Shown: positions 11,476-20,537 of the stretch, piece by piece
How the letters are laid out: the number at the start of each line of letters is the position of its first letter
Position numbering within the stretch: the first letter of the stretch is position 1
Source of the DNA: Candidatus Doudnabacteria bacterium
GTDB taxonomy: Bacteria > Patescibacteriota > Doudnabacteria > UBA920 > O2-02-FULL-48-8
DNA length: 45,101 nt
Assembly (NCBI GenBank): GCA_019659055.1
Contig: JAIFWV010000001.1
Coordinates: forward strand, 72,123 to 117,223
Direction: 5' to 3'
Notes under the pieces: generated by a model
Told to the model about the DNA's origin: nothing
What the model saw: the letters and a program-made list of their open reading frames with translations, nothing else
Database searches by the model: none
Program-made: the position numbers and the translations under genes

Positions 11476-13247
11476 TTCTTAAGAATTGCTAAAAATGCTT
11501 CTTGCGGGATATCGACCTGGCCGATACGCTTGAGCCGCTTCTTGCCTCTTTTCTGTTTCTCGAGGAGCTTCATTTTGCGGGTCACATCGCCGCCATAGAG
11601 TCCGACTGTGACATCCTTGCGCACAGCCGAGATGGTTTCGCGGGCAATAACCTTGCCGCCGATAGCGGCTTGGATCGCGATCTCAAACTGTTGCCGCGGG
11701 ATAAGCGTCTTAAGTTTCTCAGTGAGGCTCCGGCCTTCGGCCTCAGCCACATCCCGGTGGACTATCATAGACAAAGCCTCGACGATTTCTCCTGCCACCA
11801 AAATATCGAGCTTTACCAAATCATCCACCCGCGAATCCAAATACTCATAATTGAGTGAGGCATAGCCTGAGGATACACTCTTAAGTTTATCATAAAAATC
11901 AATGATGATGTTGGCCAGCGGCATTTCGGCAGTCACGAGCACGCGGTCATTGGAGAGATAATCCATGTTTTTATATATGCCGCGACGGCCGGTAATGAGT
12001 TCCAAAATTCCCCCGATGTATGTCTGCGGGATTAGAATCTCAATTGCGACCCAAGGCTCTTCTATGGATTCGACGATAGATAAATCGGGCAACTCCGCCG
12101 GGGTGTGTATGATTTTCTGAGTGCCGTCCTTGAGATTGATTCGGTACTCCACTGATGGCGCGGTCAGCACCAGATCCAGATTGTATTCGCGTGACAAGCG
12201 TTCCTGGACGATATCCATATGGAGCAGTCCCAGGAACCCGGTCCGAAAACCGAATCCCAGGGCAGGAATGTGCTCCGGGACAAATTCCAGGGCCGCATCG
12301 GAAAGTTTGAGTTTCTCTATAGCGTCGCGCAAAAGCGGATAATCATCCCCCGAAACCGGAAAAATAGAAGCATAGACCATAGGTTTGATCTGCTTGTAGC
12401 CAGGAAGTTGTTCCACCTTTGCTCCCGCTGACGTGATCGTATCGCCGACTCGAGCTTTGCGCACATCCCGGAGTCCTGTAACTATGTACCCCACTTCCCC
12501 GGTCTTGAGATCCTGGGACGGGAAAAATTTGGGATGGAAATATCCGACCTCAAGCGAATCAGCCGGAGTATTTGTCCCTATCATCTGTATCTTTTCGCTC
12601 TTCTTAAGACTGCCGTCCACTATCCTCACAAATGTCAGCACGCCGCGGTGCTGATCATAAGCTGAATCAAAAATCAAGGCGCGCAGGGGCTTGTCGGTGT
12701 CTCCTTGGGGCGCCGGGACTCGCTCGACCACGGCTTCGATGATTTTGTCCACGCCTTCACCGGTTTTGCCGGAGGCATAGAGAATTTCATCGTCGGTAAA
12801 CCCGAAAGCTTTTTTGATCTCTTCTGCGGTTTTTTCGCGGTCGGAATTCGGAAGGTCGATTTTATTGACCACTGGGATGATTTTGAGATTGTGGGCTTGC
12901 GCCAAATGAATATTGGCCAGAGTCTGCGCTTCTATACCTTGGGTTGAGTCCACCACCAATATCGCACCTTCGCATGCGGCCAATGATCGCGAGACTTCGT
13001 AAGTAAAATCCACGTGCCCAGGAGTGTCGATAAGGTTGAGGATGTAATCCTGCCATTCCATACGCACCGGTTGGAGCTTGATCGTGATCCCGCGCTCCCG
13101 TTCTAAATCCATAGTATCGAGCAACTGATCTTTCATCTCTCGTTTGGAAACTGTGGAAGTCATTTCCAAAAGCCGATCCGCCAGCGTGGACTTGCCGTGA
13201 TCGATGTGGGCAATGATACAAAAGTTACGGATTTTATCTTGTGACAT
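11472..13247 (-). CDS. lepA: Translation elongation factor 4
   Basis: IRNFCIIAHIDHGKSTLADR, ERERGITIK, GFGFRTGFLGLLH, YGGDVTRKMKLLEKQK. Confidence 0.99.
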   Translation of the reverse strand: MSQDKIRNFCIIAHIDHGKSTLADRLLEMTSTVSKREMKDQLLDTMDLERERGITIKLQPVRMEWQDYILNLIDTPGHVDFTYEVSRSLAACEGAILVVDSTQGIEAQTLANIHLAQAHNLKIIPVVNKIDLPNSDREKTAEEIKKAFGFTDDEILYASGKTGEGVDKIIEAVVERVPAPQGDTDKPLRALIFDSAYDQHRGVLTFVRIVDGSLKKSEKIQMIGTNTPADSLEVGYFHPKFFPSQDLKTGEVGYIVTGLRDVRKARVGDTITSAGAKVEQLPGYKQIKPMVYASIFPVSGDDYPLLRDAIEKLKLSDAALEFVPEHIPALGFGFRTGFLGLLHMDIVQERLSREYNLDLVLTAPSVEYRINLKDGTQKIIHTPAELPDLSIVESIEEPWVAIEILIPQTYIGGILELITGRRGIYKNMDYLSNDRVLVTAEMPLANIIIDFYDKLKSVSSGYASLNYEYLDSRVDDLVKLDILVAGEIVEALSMIVHRDVAEAEGRSLTEKLKTLIPRQQFEIAIQAAIGGKVIARETISAVRKDVTVGLYGGDVTRKMKLLEKQKRGKKRLKRIGQVDIPQEAFLAILKK

Positions 13248-13260
13248 AAGCGATAACCTG

Positions 13261-13319
13261 CCCAGTAGTGAAGTTCGATTATATTTCCCGCGACAGCGGA
13301 TCGAACTTCTACTACTGGG
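13261..13319. repeat. 19-bp-stem inverted repeat just upstream of lepA
   Basis: CCCAGTAGT-GAAGTTCGAT ... ATCGAACTTC-T-ACTACTGGG, with a small CCGCGACAGCGG hairpin in the loop. Confidence 0.75.
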
Positions 13320-13360
13320 TACAAAAATTCCTAATCTTATCCTGTGACATGAATTTGATG

Positions 13361-13390
13361 AGACTGTAATACGGTACAGTAAGTAAGTCT
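13361..13390. promoter_or_regulatory. Degenerate copy of the putative TrpR-like operator
   Basis: AGACTGTAATACGGTACAGTAAGTAAGTCT; 13374-13388 identical to 13810-13824. Confidence 0.55.
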
Positions 13391-13393
13391 ATA

Positions 13394-13789
13394 TTACGCC
13401 TTGATTAATTCTGAAAGATGTGGCATGCCTTTGTATCTTGGAAATTTAGTCGAAGTCTTTTTCCTGAACTTCTGTTCCAAACCCTTAAGGTTATTGTGGG
13501 CCTTGCGTAACCCCTCCCCTTTTTGGGCCAAGATATTACTGACATGTGCAATTGTTTTCTCACTTATGTTTAGCTCGCGACTTATTTCTTCGTAATGCTC
13601 GCCATCTATGAGTCTTCGGGCGACCTCGAGTCTTTTCGCTAGCATTTTATATTCAGTATGGGTGAACAAATCCCGAAACAACACTCGCATCTCTTCCTTT
13701 GTTTTCATAGATAAGAAAGCGAGCCAGATGTTATTGACCAAAAGTCCGAGTTTTTCATTGCTCAAAGGTTTACGCGATAGTTTTGTCAT
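13394..13789 (-). CDS. TrpR-like (YerC/YecD) transcriptional regulator
   Basis: FRDLFTHTEYKMLAKRLEVARRLIDGEHYEEISRELNISEKTIAHVSNIL, the TrpR-family HTH pattern. Confidence 0.88.
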   Translation of the reverse strand: MTKLSRKPLSNEKLGLLVNNIWLAFLSMKTKEEMRVLFRDLFTHTEYKMLAKRLEVARRLIDGEHYEEISRELNISEKTIAHVSNILAQKGEGLRKAHNNLKGLEQKFRKKTSTKFPRYKGMPHLSELIKA

Positions 13790-13798
13790 ATTCGTTAT

Positions 13799-13824
13799 AC
13801 TTACTTACTGTACAGTAAGTAAGT
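13799..13824. promoter_or_regulatory. Perfect 26-bp palindrome, putative operator
   Basis: ACTTACTTACTGTACAGTAAGTAAGT, 9 bp upstream of the TrpR-like start codon. Confidence 0.7.
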
Positions 13825-13866
13825 GAGTTATTAAGCCATTTTACACTTGCTTATTTTAGCAAACTC

Positions 13867-13895
13867 TTGACAAAACCGCAAAAAAGGAGTATAAT
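13867..13895 (+). promoter_or_regulatory. Consensus sigma70 promoter
   Basis: TTGACA-17 bp-TATAAT. Confidence 0.85.
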
Positions 13896-13940
13896 TACTT
13901 GTTGGAACATGCCGTTCCGACCAAAGGCCAAGGAGGCCAT

Positions 13941-14417
13941 ATGCCAGGATTTAGAGTTTACTATACAGCAGTCGATGACAATGGCAACGAAAGCATCGTG
14001 GCCAAGTCATTCGCCCCGCGCATGATGGAAGTCAATCTCATCAACAAAGCGGTACGCGATTGCCATGATGCGATCCACAACCATACCGACCTCGGCCCGA
14101 TCGACACGCGGTTCGAAGGCCGTGACAGCAACGACTGGCGACCAATTTCGAAAGAACTTCGCAAAGGGAAGATCGCCATTGCCTATCTGAAGACGAAGAG
14201 AATCAGGGAAGGCATGACGGTCGGCCACGACCTGCGAAGCGAGCTGGGCAATATCGTGATCGAGCTCAACAAGCAGCACCCGGGTCTTGATGTGGATCTC
14301 GATGAGGTCCTTGAACTCACACGTGATATTATCCATTTCGTCACGGAATTCACCTGTCGACCAAGGTCCGACAAAGACACGGTCTCGACAGCTCGTCAAC
14401 GACTCGCTGGCATCTAG
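13941..14417 (+). CDS. Hypothetical protein (158 aa)
   Basis: AGGAGG 4 nt before ATG 13941, consensus promoter upstream; no family recognised. Confidence 0.75.
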   Translation: MPGFRVYYTAVDDNGNESIVAKSFAPRMMEVNLINKAVRDCHDAIHNHTDLGPIDTRFEGRDSNDWRPISKELRKGKIAIAYLKTKRIREGMTVGHDLRSELGNIVIELNKQHPGLDVDLDEVLELTRDIIHFVTEFTCRPRSDKDTVSTARQRLAGI

Positions 14418-14421
14418 AGCA

Positions 14422-14528
14422 ACCAGTTTTCAAAAGCCAAGTGAGCGCAAGCTCCACGAGAAATCGTGAGGGGTAATTGCACTTCCGTCCACCCGGACGG
14501 CAAGGCAGGATAAGAACCCTGTGCTGGT
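14422..14528 (+). ncRNA. Candidate structured RNA
   Basis: GAGC-GCAA-GCTC and CACGA-GAAA-TCGTG GNRA hairpins back to back, CCGTCC/GGACGG stem, ACCAG/CTGGT closing helix. Confidence 0.45.
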
Positions 14529-14538
14529 CTAAAATCGC

Positions 14539-14585
14539 AAGGCGAGTGATTGGATGAAAATCCTTCACTCGCCTTTTTCTTTTTC
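14539..14585 (+). terminator. Rho-independent terminator
   Basis: AAGGCGAGTGA...TCACTCGCCTT followed by T-rich tract. Confidence 0.8.
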
Positions 14586-14609
14586 CTATAAATTTAAAAA
14601 GCAAGGCAC

Positions 14610-16229
14610 CTATGACCACATTGACCAGATATAAGCAAAAGGTTTGCCGGCTTTGGCCACGGCACTGCGTGTTACCGAAATAATATTCCGGGTCTCGGCC
14701 AGTCCCAAGACCCAGCTCACGGCCAGGTAGGCCAGAGAACCGACGAGGCCGGAGATAATTGCTTGTGTAAGCACACCGACGTATTTGTTCATAGGGACAA
14801 ACGGCGCGACGATATACAGAGTTATATAAGTGATAATGCCGGCCACGAGTGAACTAATGACTATTTTGAGGGTCAAGACAATCAGATATTCGTCGTGGAT
14901 ATTACCAAGTTTGACGTGCAGTTCCATCATGAGAATCGCCAGCTCAATCAGGCTTGTAATCGAGAATGCCATGGCCAGGCCCGGCACTCCGAATTTGCGC
15001 ACGAGGATTGCGGTGGCGACGATATTGATGGCGATGGTAATAAAACTTATGATCACCGGGATTCTGGTGTTCTGCATAGCATAGAACGCGCGGGTAAAAA
15101 GCTGAATCAGTCCTTGCGCAAACATGGACACGGCAAATAATCCCAGAGTTGCGGCCACAGTCCGGACGTCGTTGAAAGTAAAGTTAGTATTTTGTCCGAT
15201 GCCGAGTACAAGCCGTACCACTTGGGCGCGCAGGATCAACATAAGTACCGACAATGGGATCACGAAGTACAAAATCTGGATCGTGGTATGGGCAATAACG
15301 TCTTTGAGTCCGGTCATATCTTTTTCATTAAACAAGTCCGACATCACCGGGAAGACTGCCAGTGCTGCCGAGACCGCAAAAATGCTCAAGAATACTCCCT
15401 GTAGATTGTTGGCATAATAAAACGAGGACAGAGCCCCAGCACCAAGAAACGATCCAAAAATACTGGTGATAAGCAAAGTGATCTGGCCTGTGCCCATGGA
15501 AAAAATCCGCGGCCAGTACAATTTCCAAAACTGTATAAATCCTGGTTGTCGCGTATCGATTTTGAATTCATAACGAAAACCCAAACTCAAAAGCTGAGGC
15601 ACTTGGATAATAAAGTGTAGGAAGGCTCCGAGCACTACCCCAAAAGCCAATCCCATAGGACCAAATTTTGGATAAAGCCAAACCGCGCCGGCGATTATAG
15701 AGGCGTTATACAGTAATGGTGCCGCTGAAACTATCGCAAAGCGCCGATGAGTATTGAGCATGCTCGAGGTGATCGAAGACAATGTCAAAAATATTGGCGA
15801 AAGCAAAAAAATCTTAGTAAAAGTTTTCGCAAGCTCGCGGGTTTCGCCCTGGAAACCAGGCGCAATGGCCGAGATCAGCGGATTTATAAAGACGAGCGCC
15901 AGCAAGCTGAAGACAAAGATCATCAGCAGGGTAACATTGATAATGCTGTTGGCCAGACGATTGGCTTTTTCTTTATCTTTGATCAGGTATTCCGAGAAGA
16001 TCGGAATAAAAGCCACTGAGAAAGTTCCGAGAATGAGCAGATTGAACACAAAGTCCGGAATCCGGAACGCGGCGAAATAGGCATCGATCACAGGCCCGGT
16101 ACCGAATTGGTGGGAAAAAATAGCATCTCGAGCCAAACCCAAAATTTTTGACAGCAAACTGAACACGGCAATGATAATTGCCGCACTGCCTATTCGATTG
16201 CGTGTTTGCCTGAAATTATCGCTGGTCAT
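14610..16229 (-). CDS. murJ: Lipid II flippase MurJ
   Basis: SKILGLARD, DAYFAAFRIPD, AFIPIF, RAFYAMQNTRIPV; many TM helices. Confidence 0.96.
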   Translation of the reverse strand: MTSDNFRQTRNRIGSAAIIIAVFSLLSKILGLARDAIFSHQFGTGPVIDAYFAAFRIPDFVFNLLILGTFSVAFIPIFSEYLIKDKEKANRLANSIINVTLLMIFVFSLLALVFINPLISAIAPGFQGETRELAKTFTKIFLLSPIFLTLSSITSSMLNTHRRFAIVSAAPLLYNASIIAGAVWLYPKFGPMGLAFGVVLGAFLHFIIQVPQLLSLGFRYEFKIDTRQPGFIQFWKLYWPRIFSMGTGQITLLITSIFGSFLGAGALSSFYYANNLQGVFLSIFAVSAALAVFPVMSDLFNEKDMTGLKDVIAHTTIQILYFVIPLSVLMLILRAQVVRLVLGIGQNTNFTFNDVRTVAATLGLFAVSMFAQGLIQLFTRAFYAMQNTRIPVIISFITIAINIVATAILVRKFGVPGLAMAFSITSLIELAILMMELHVKLGNIHDEYLIVLTLKIVISSLVAGIITYITLYIVAPFVPMNKYVGVLTQAIISGLVGSLAYLAVSWVLGLAETRNIISVTRSAVAKAGKPFAYIWSMWS

Positions 16230-18199
16230 TATCGGTTGAGAAGAATTGCCCAGTACTGATCGGAGCCGGTGGTATAGCTTAAGTTACTTACGCCATTATC
16301 CAAACCAACGTCTGCGGAATGCCAATAAGGTGTGAGGTTGCCCGACTCGAGAGTGGCGCTGAAGTCATAAGGGTAAACTCCAGACTGCTTCTGGAAGAGA
16401 AGACTGTATTTGGTCTGAGTCGCAACGACGTTGGTCTTGGCTTTATACGGTATCACATATGTGAGCCTGAGAGACCGGGTTTCGCCAGCTCCAAGTGCCA
16501 GCCAGCCTGTGAATTCGGTTTTGCCGGCTTCTGCGCGGATAAACGTATTACCGACCTCGTGTCCCTGGTCCCAATTGCCTAAATCCGGATCGGTGGTATA
16601 GCCTTCGGCCTGCGATGGATTGAATTCGTGCTCGTCAAAGCCCAGCGCGGACACCAAAGTAGATCCCGCCGGGACCATAACGCGCATGAAATCTAAATTA
16701 TCTACCGCGCCGCTATTGAATCTTTCGATCGTGAGCGTATCGATGATCGATCCGTCTGAGAGAATTTTACTTTGAAGGTGAGCTTTCTGTTTGATTGAAA
16801 GATCGCTTTTGGTCCCGCCGAGATTGGTGTTGATAATATTCAGGTAATCCTCTTCCGAAGCCAAAATCTTGCCCGAGACATGTAGGTCGTCTATATTTTT
16901 TTCTAATTTAGGATCTTTGCTAAACAACAAAATATGTTTGGCACCCAAATTCTCCTGCATGGATTGCAAAATCTTCAGCCATTGCTCCTGGGTCAGGCTC
17001 ATGAATTTATTGAGCAAGAGCGGGGCGAAGTCGGCCAACAATTGCTTGGGCTGGTTTTTTTGTTTGTCATAGTCCACCGAAGTCTTGTACTGCACCACGT
17101 CTTGGAAATTATCAGCCGAAAGCACCACGTCATAGCCAGGCATAGGAATTGGGCCCGTGATTCGCAGGATGTCTTGGAAAATCGCCGGCGTAAACGCAAT
17201 CACGCCGTCGGCGGTCTGCGAGCCGGACTCAAAGAACTGCAAAAGTTTTCTCGCCGACGAGGGAAAATCGGCAAACCAATTGGCATCGCGTATCCCCCAC
17301 TTTTTTATGAACGGCTGAAACGGTCCGGGGGCGGCAACATTGTCATAGATGTGGCCGTCGAGATCGTAGATGCTTTCGATTTTGAGATCCTGGATTTTGC
17401 CGTCATTAATTTTAAGTACGCCATAGGTCCCAATAAACCCGCCAGTGGCGCGGACCTCGTCGTAGTTTTGGAAGATCAGCAAATAGACTCGCGGGCCGGT
17501 GCCAAAAAATCCCAAATAAATATCCTCAAGGTTGGACAGATTCTGGACCATACCCGAAAGTGCGGACACCTGTTGTTTCGCTTTGAGAAACGAACTAGCG
17601 TATTCGGCCGGGAGACCCGCTACCCCGCTAAATTCCTGCTCCGATTGTTTGAGTTCATCCAAGGCCGTATGGAGGGAATTCTGGTTGCGTTTGAGACGAT
17701 CAGGAAGATTTGCAGTTTCTATTCCGGAGCTCGAAACTTTGAGGTCGTCAAATACCGATAAGGCCTCGGTGAGTTTTTGTCCGGCGGCGGCCAGATGCGA
17801 CGCGCCCGAAAGAATCTGGCCGGCAGTTTTGGCCTGGCTGGCAACTAATTGCAGAGCCTTGAATTCATCGAGCCTGTTTTGTGCAGTATTTAAATTACTC
17901 AGCGCTTCCGTAAATTTGATCTGAGCGTCTGAGAAATTTTTTGCCGCCAAACTGCTCCCGGCATCGGATAAATCAGAATAAGCCATGGTCGCCGCACCTA
18001 AGATATCTTTCTGGGCATTTTTGGCTGAGGACAGATAACTCAACATTTGCATGGACAGCATGACAATAATCAACCCGGCAATAAACGGCGCGATGAGCAT
18101 TTTACTGCGGCGAATCTTGGGCATAACTATAAACCTCAATTCTTGAGGTTGGGTTTTTTGTGGCTTACTGTTTTGTGGACTTCTGATTATGTCTCTCAT
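16229..18199 (-). CDS. DUF4012-like membrane-anchored extracytoplasmic protein
   Basis: TM, helical stalk, YLLIFQNYDEVRATGGFIG, RDANWFADFP, NLGGTKSD; start reassigned to 18199 (ATGA overlap with ftsW stop). Confidence 0.82.
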   Translation of the reverse strand: MRDIIRSPQNSKPQKTQPQELRFIVMPKIRRSKMLIAPFIAGLIIVMLSMQMLSYLSSAKNAQKDILGAATMAYSDLSDAGSSLAAKNFSDAQIKFTEALSNLNTAQNRLDEFKALQLVASQAKTAGQILSGASHLAAAGQKLTEALSVFDDLKVSSSGIETANLPDRLKRNQNSLHTALDELKQSEQEFSGVAGLPAEYASSFLKAKQQVSALSGMVQNLSNLEDIYLGFFGTGPRVYLLIFQNYDEVRATGGFIGTYGVLKINDGKIQDLKIESIYDLDGHIYDNVAAPGPFQPFIKKWGIRDANWFADFPSSARKLLQFFESGSQTADGVIAFTPAIFQDILRITGPIPMPGYDVVLSADNFQDVVQYKTSVDYDKQKNQPKQLLADFAPLLLNKFMSLTQEQWLKILQSMQENLGAKHILLFSKDPKLEKNIDDLHVSGKILASEEDYLNIINTNLGGTKSDLSIKQKAHLQSKILSDGSIIDTLTIERFNSGAVDNLDFMRVMVPAGSTLVSALGFDEHEFNPSQAEGYTTDPDLGNWDQGHEVGNTFIRAEAGKTEFTGWLALGAGETRSLRLTYVIPYKAKTNVVATQTKYSLLFQKQSGVYPYDFSATLESGNLTPYWHSADVGLDNGVSNLSYTTGSDQYWAILLNR

Positions 18200-19290
18200 T
18201 TGTTTGTAGCAAACCGGGAAATATTTAAAAGAATTCCAAGCGCGGCCAGATTCAATGCCATAGCAGTGGAACCGTACGAGGTGAATGGCAATGGGATACC
18301 CGTAAGCGGTATGACTTTGGTGATCCCGCCGATATTGATAAGCGCTTGCACGACAATCCACGACGTGATACCCGCGGCAACCAATTTGCCAAAGACATCA
18401 GGAGCCTTGAGTGCCACCTGGTAGCCTTTGTAGGCCAGAAATAAAAAGCCCAACAAAAACGCTCCGGCGCGGATAAATCCCATCTCCTCGGCGATGACGG
18501 CAAATATCGAGTCACCAATGGCTTCGGGCAGGTAGTTTTGCTTTTGGATACTGCGGCCAAATCCCCGTCCCCACAAGCCGCCGGAGCCAATGGCGAGCAA
18601 GGCTTGATTGATCTGGTAAGAGATCCCTTGGGCATCGACGTCTGGATTAAAAAACGCCAAAAGCCGATGCGTGCGGTAAGCAGCCGCTTTGACCAAAACC
18701 CACAGGGCGACTGATGCTAGCGCTGCTGTTGTGAGTAAATATTTGAGACGAACGCCGCCGAGGAAAAACATAATCGAAGCGATGGCAATCAAAACCAGCA
18801 TAGTCCCGAGATCCGGCTGCATAATGATCAGCACTGAAGCTACACCGACTATGGTCAGCGTCGGCAGAAATCCATAATAAAGATCATGGACATGCTGTTG
18901 ACGCTTGTCGTACCAGCTGGCTAGGTAAATGATAATTGCCAGTTTCATAAATTCGGCCGGCTGAAAAAGAAATACTCTGAAGTTTATCCAGCGAGTAGCG
19001 CCTCCCGTAGTAAATCCCACCCCGTTCAGAAAAACCGCCACCAGCATGCCGATTCCAAGAAACATAAGGACGGGGGCGAATTTCTGCCAGATATGGTAAT
19101 CGATTCTCGACAAAAGATACATGAGGATAAGACCCGGCAAGGCACCCTGCAAAAGCTGTCGGGTAAAATACCAGTAGTTGTTTCCATGCTCCTTGAGGGA
19201 GACCACGGACGAAGCCGATGACAAGCTCAAAAGACCAAATGCCAAAAGGCCAAGGATCGTCCAGAGTAAAGTTTTGTTTACGGGATTCAT
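18196..19290 (-). CDS. ftsW: SEDS peptidoglycan glycosyltransferase FtsW
   Basis: GATRWI, FQPAEFMK, QPDLGT, YLPEAIGDSIFAVIAEEMG, PLTGIPLPFTSYGS. Confidence 0.96.
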   Translation of the reverse strand: MNPVNKTLLWTILGLLAFGLLSLSSASSVVSLKEHGNNYWYFTRQLLQGALPGLILMYLLSRIDYHIWQKFAPVLMFLGIGMLVAVFLNGVGFTTGGATRWINFRVFLFQPAEFMKLAIIIYLASWYDKRQQHVHDLYYGFLPTLTIVGVASVLIIMQPDLGTMLVLIAIASIMFFLGGVRLKYLLTTAALASVALWVLVKAAAYRTHRLLAFFNPDVDAQGISYQINQALLAIGSGGLWGRGFGRSIQKQNYLPEAIGDSIFAVIAEEMGFIRAGAFLLGFLFLAYKGYQVALKAPDVFGKLVAAGITSWIVVQALINIGGITKVIPLTGIPLPFTSYGSTAMALNLAALGILLNISRFATNK

Positions 19291-20537
19291 TTTTTGATTT
19301 CCGTTACGAATTGCTCAGCACGGTCGCGGTAATTTTTAAACATATCAAAGCTGGCCGCGGCCGGTGAGAGCAGGACCACATCGCCTGCAGTCGCAATGCT
19401 TTTTGCCTGGGAAATAATCTCTTGCATATTTTTGGCGCCGGTAAAAATTTTCCCAGAATAGCCTTCCATATTTTTGAGAATTTTAGGAGCTTCTTCCCCG
19501 ACCGCAACGACGGCTTTCAGATTTCCTGCTGACTTTATAGTCTTGCCTAGTTTTTTGTATTCCAAGCCCTTGCTCGAGCCACCGACAATCAAAATTACAG
19601 GCTCGGCAAATGCCTGGATGGCAGCAATCGTCGAATCCTCGTTGGTACTTATCGAATCCTCCACATAAGTAATCCCGTCTTTCTCCAAAACTTTCTGCAG
19701 ACGGTGCGGGAGGCCTGGAAAGTTCTTCACCGCTTGGCGAATCAGGTCTTCTGGAACCTTCAGAATCTTCCCCACAGCAGATGCGGCCGCAATATTTTCA
19801 AGGTTATGCTTTCCGAGTATTATGTATTCATAATCTTCGACATCTTTCGGATCAAAAATAATTTTCTGGCCGTGGCCTACATTCTGTACATCGGACGGAA
19901 GTTCATGGGAAATGACTGCAAAATCCTCTGCGGTTTGGTGGGCTATGATCTGCAGTTTGGCATCAAAGTATTCACTGATCGATCCGTGCGCTGATTTATT
20001 GTAGGTACCTGATTCATCCAAATGATCCGCGGTAATATTGAGCACGACGGCTATGTGCGGACTGCGATGGAGATCCTGGAGCTGGAAGCTTGAAAGTTCC
20101 AAGACCACCAAATCCTCGGGTTTAATAGAATCAATAAACTCAAACGGGTCGGTGCCGATATTGCCCGCCAGCCAAACTTTGTAGCCGCCAGCTTCGAGAA
20201 TTTTGGCCGCGAGCGTGGAGGTTGTCCCCTTGCCCTTGGTGCCAGTGACACCAATGATTTTGGCCGGACACAGATCAAAAAAGAGTTTGGTCTGGCTTGA
20301 GATTTCAACGCCTTTGCTTTGAGCCTGCTGAATGGCCGGCGCCATATACGGCAACCCCGGGGTCCGAAACAAAATGTCGAAGCGGTCCAGCTGTCCCACC
20401 AGGTCGGAATTCCGCTTCCAATCAGCGATCGTTTCATAGACAATTCCGTGCGCATCAAAAAAGGATGCCAACTTTTGATTGTTGACTCCCATGCCGACGA
20501 TCGCAATCTTTTTGTCTTGAAGGTGTTCTAGGTTCAT
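19287..20537 (-). CDS. murD: UDP-MurNAc-L-Ala:D-Glu ligase
   Basis: GVTGTKGKGTT, GNIG, ELSSFQL, LPHRL, LLSPAAASFDMFKNY. Confidence 0.97.
   Translation of the reverse strand: MNLEHLQDKKIAIVGMGVNNQKLASFFDAHGIVYETIADWKRNSDLVGQLDRFDILFRTPGLPYMAPAIQQAQSKGVEISSQTKLFFDLCPAKIIGVTGTKGKGTTSTLAAKILEAGGYKVWLAGNIGTDPFEFIDSIKPEDLVVLELSSFQLQDLHRSPHIAVVLNITADHLDESGTYNKSAHGSISEYFDAKLQIIAHQTAEDFAVISHELPSDVQNVGHGQKIIFDPKDVEDYEYIILGKHNLENIAAASAVGKILKVPEDLIRQAVKNFPGLPHRLQKVLEKDGITYVEDSISTNEDSTIAAIQAFAEPVILIVGGSSKGLEYKKLGKTIKSAGNLKAVVAVGEEAPKILKNMEGYSGKIFTGAKNMQEIISQAKSIATAGDVVLLSPAAASFDMFKNYRDRAEQFVTEIKK

Noticed and set aside
16934-17761. Long plus-strand ORFs antisense to housekeeping genes (for example 827-1459, 2347-3009, 16934-17761, 35452-36105, 39241-39906)
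   Set aside because: They are antisense shadows of well-supported minus-strand genes and show no recognisable motifs.
18200-18361. Long overlap of the DUF4012-like ORF with ftsW
   Set aside because: The ATGA coupling at 18196-18199 gives a more plausible start; the extension is an off-frame reading of ftsW.
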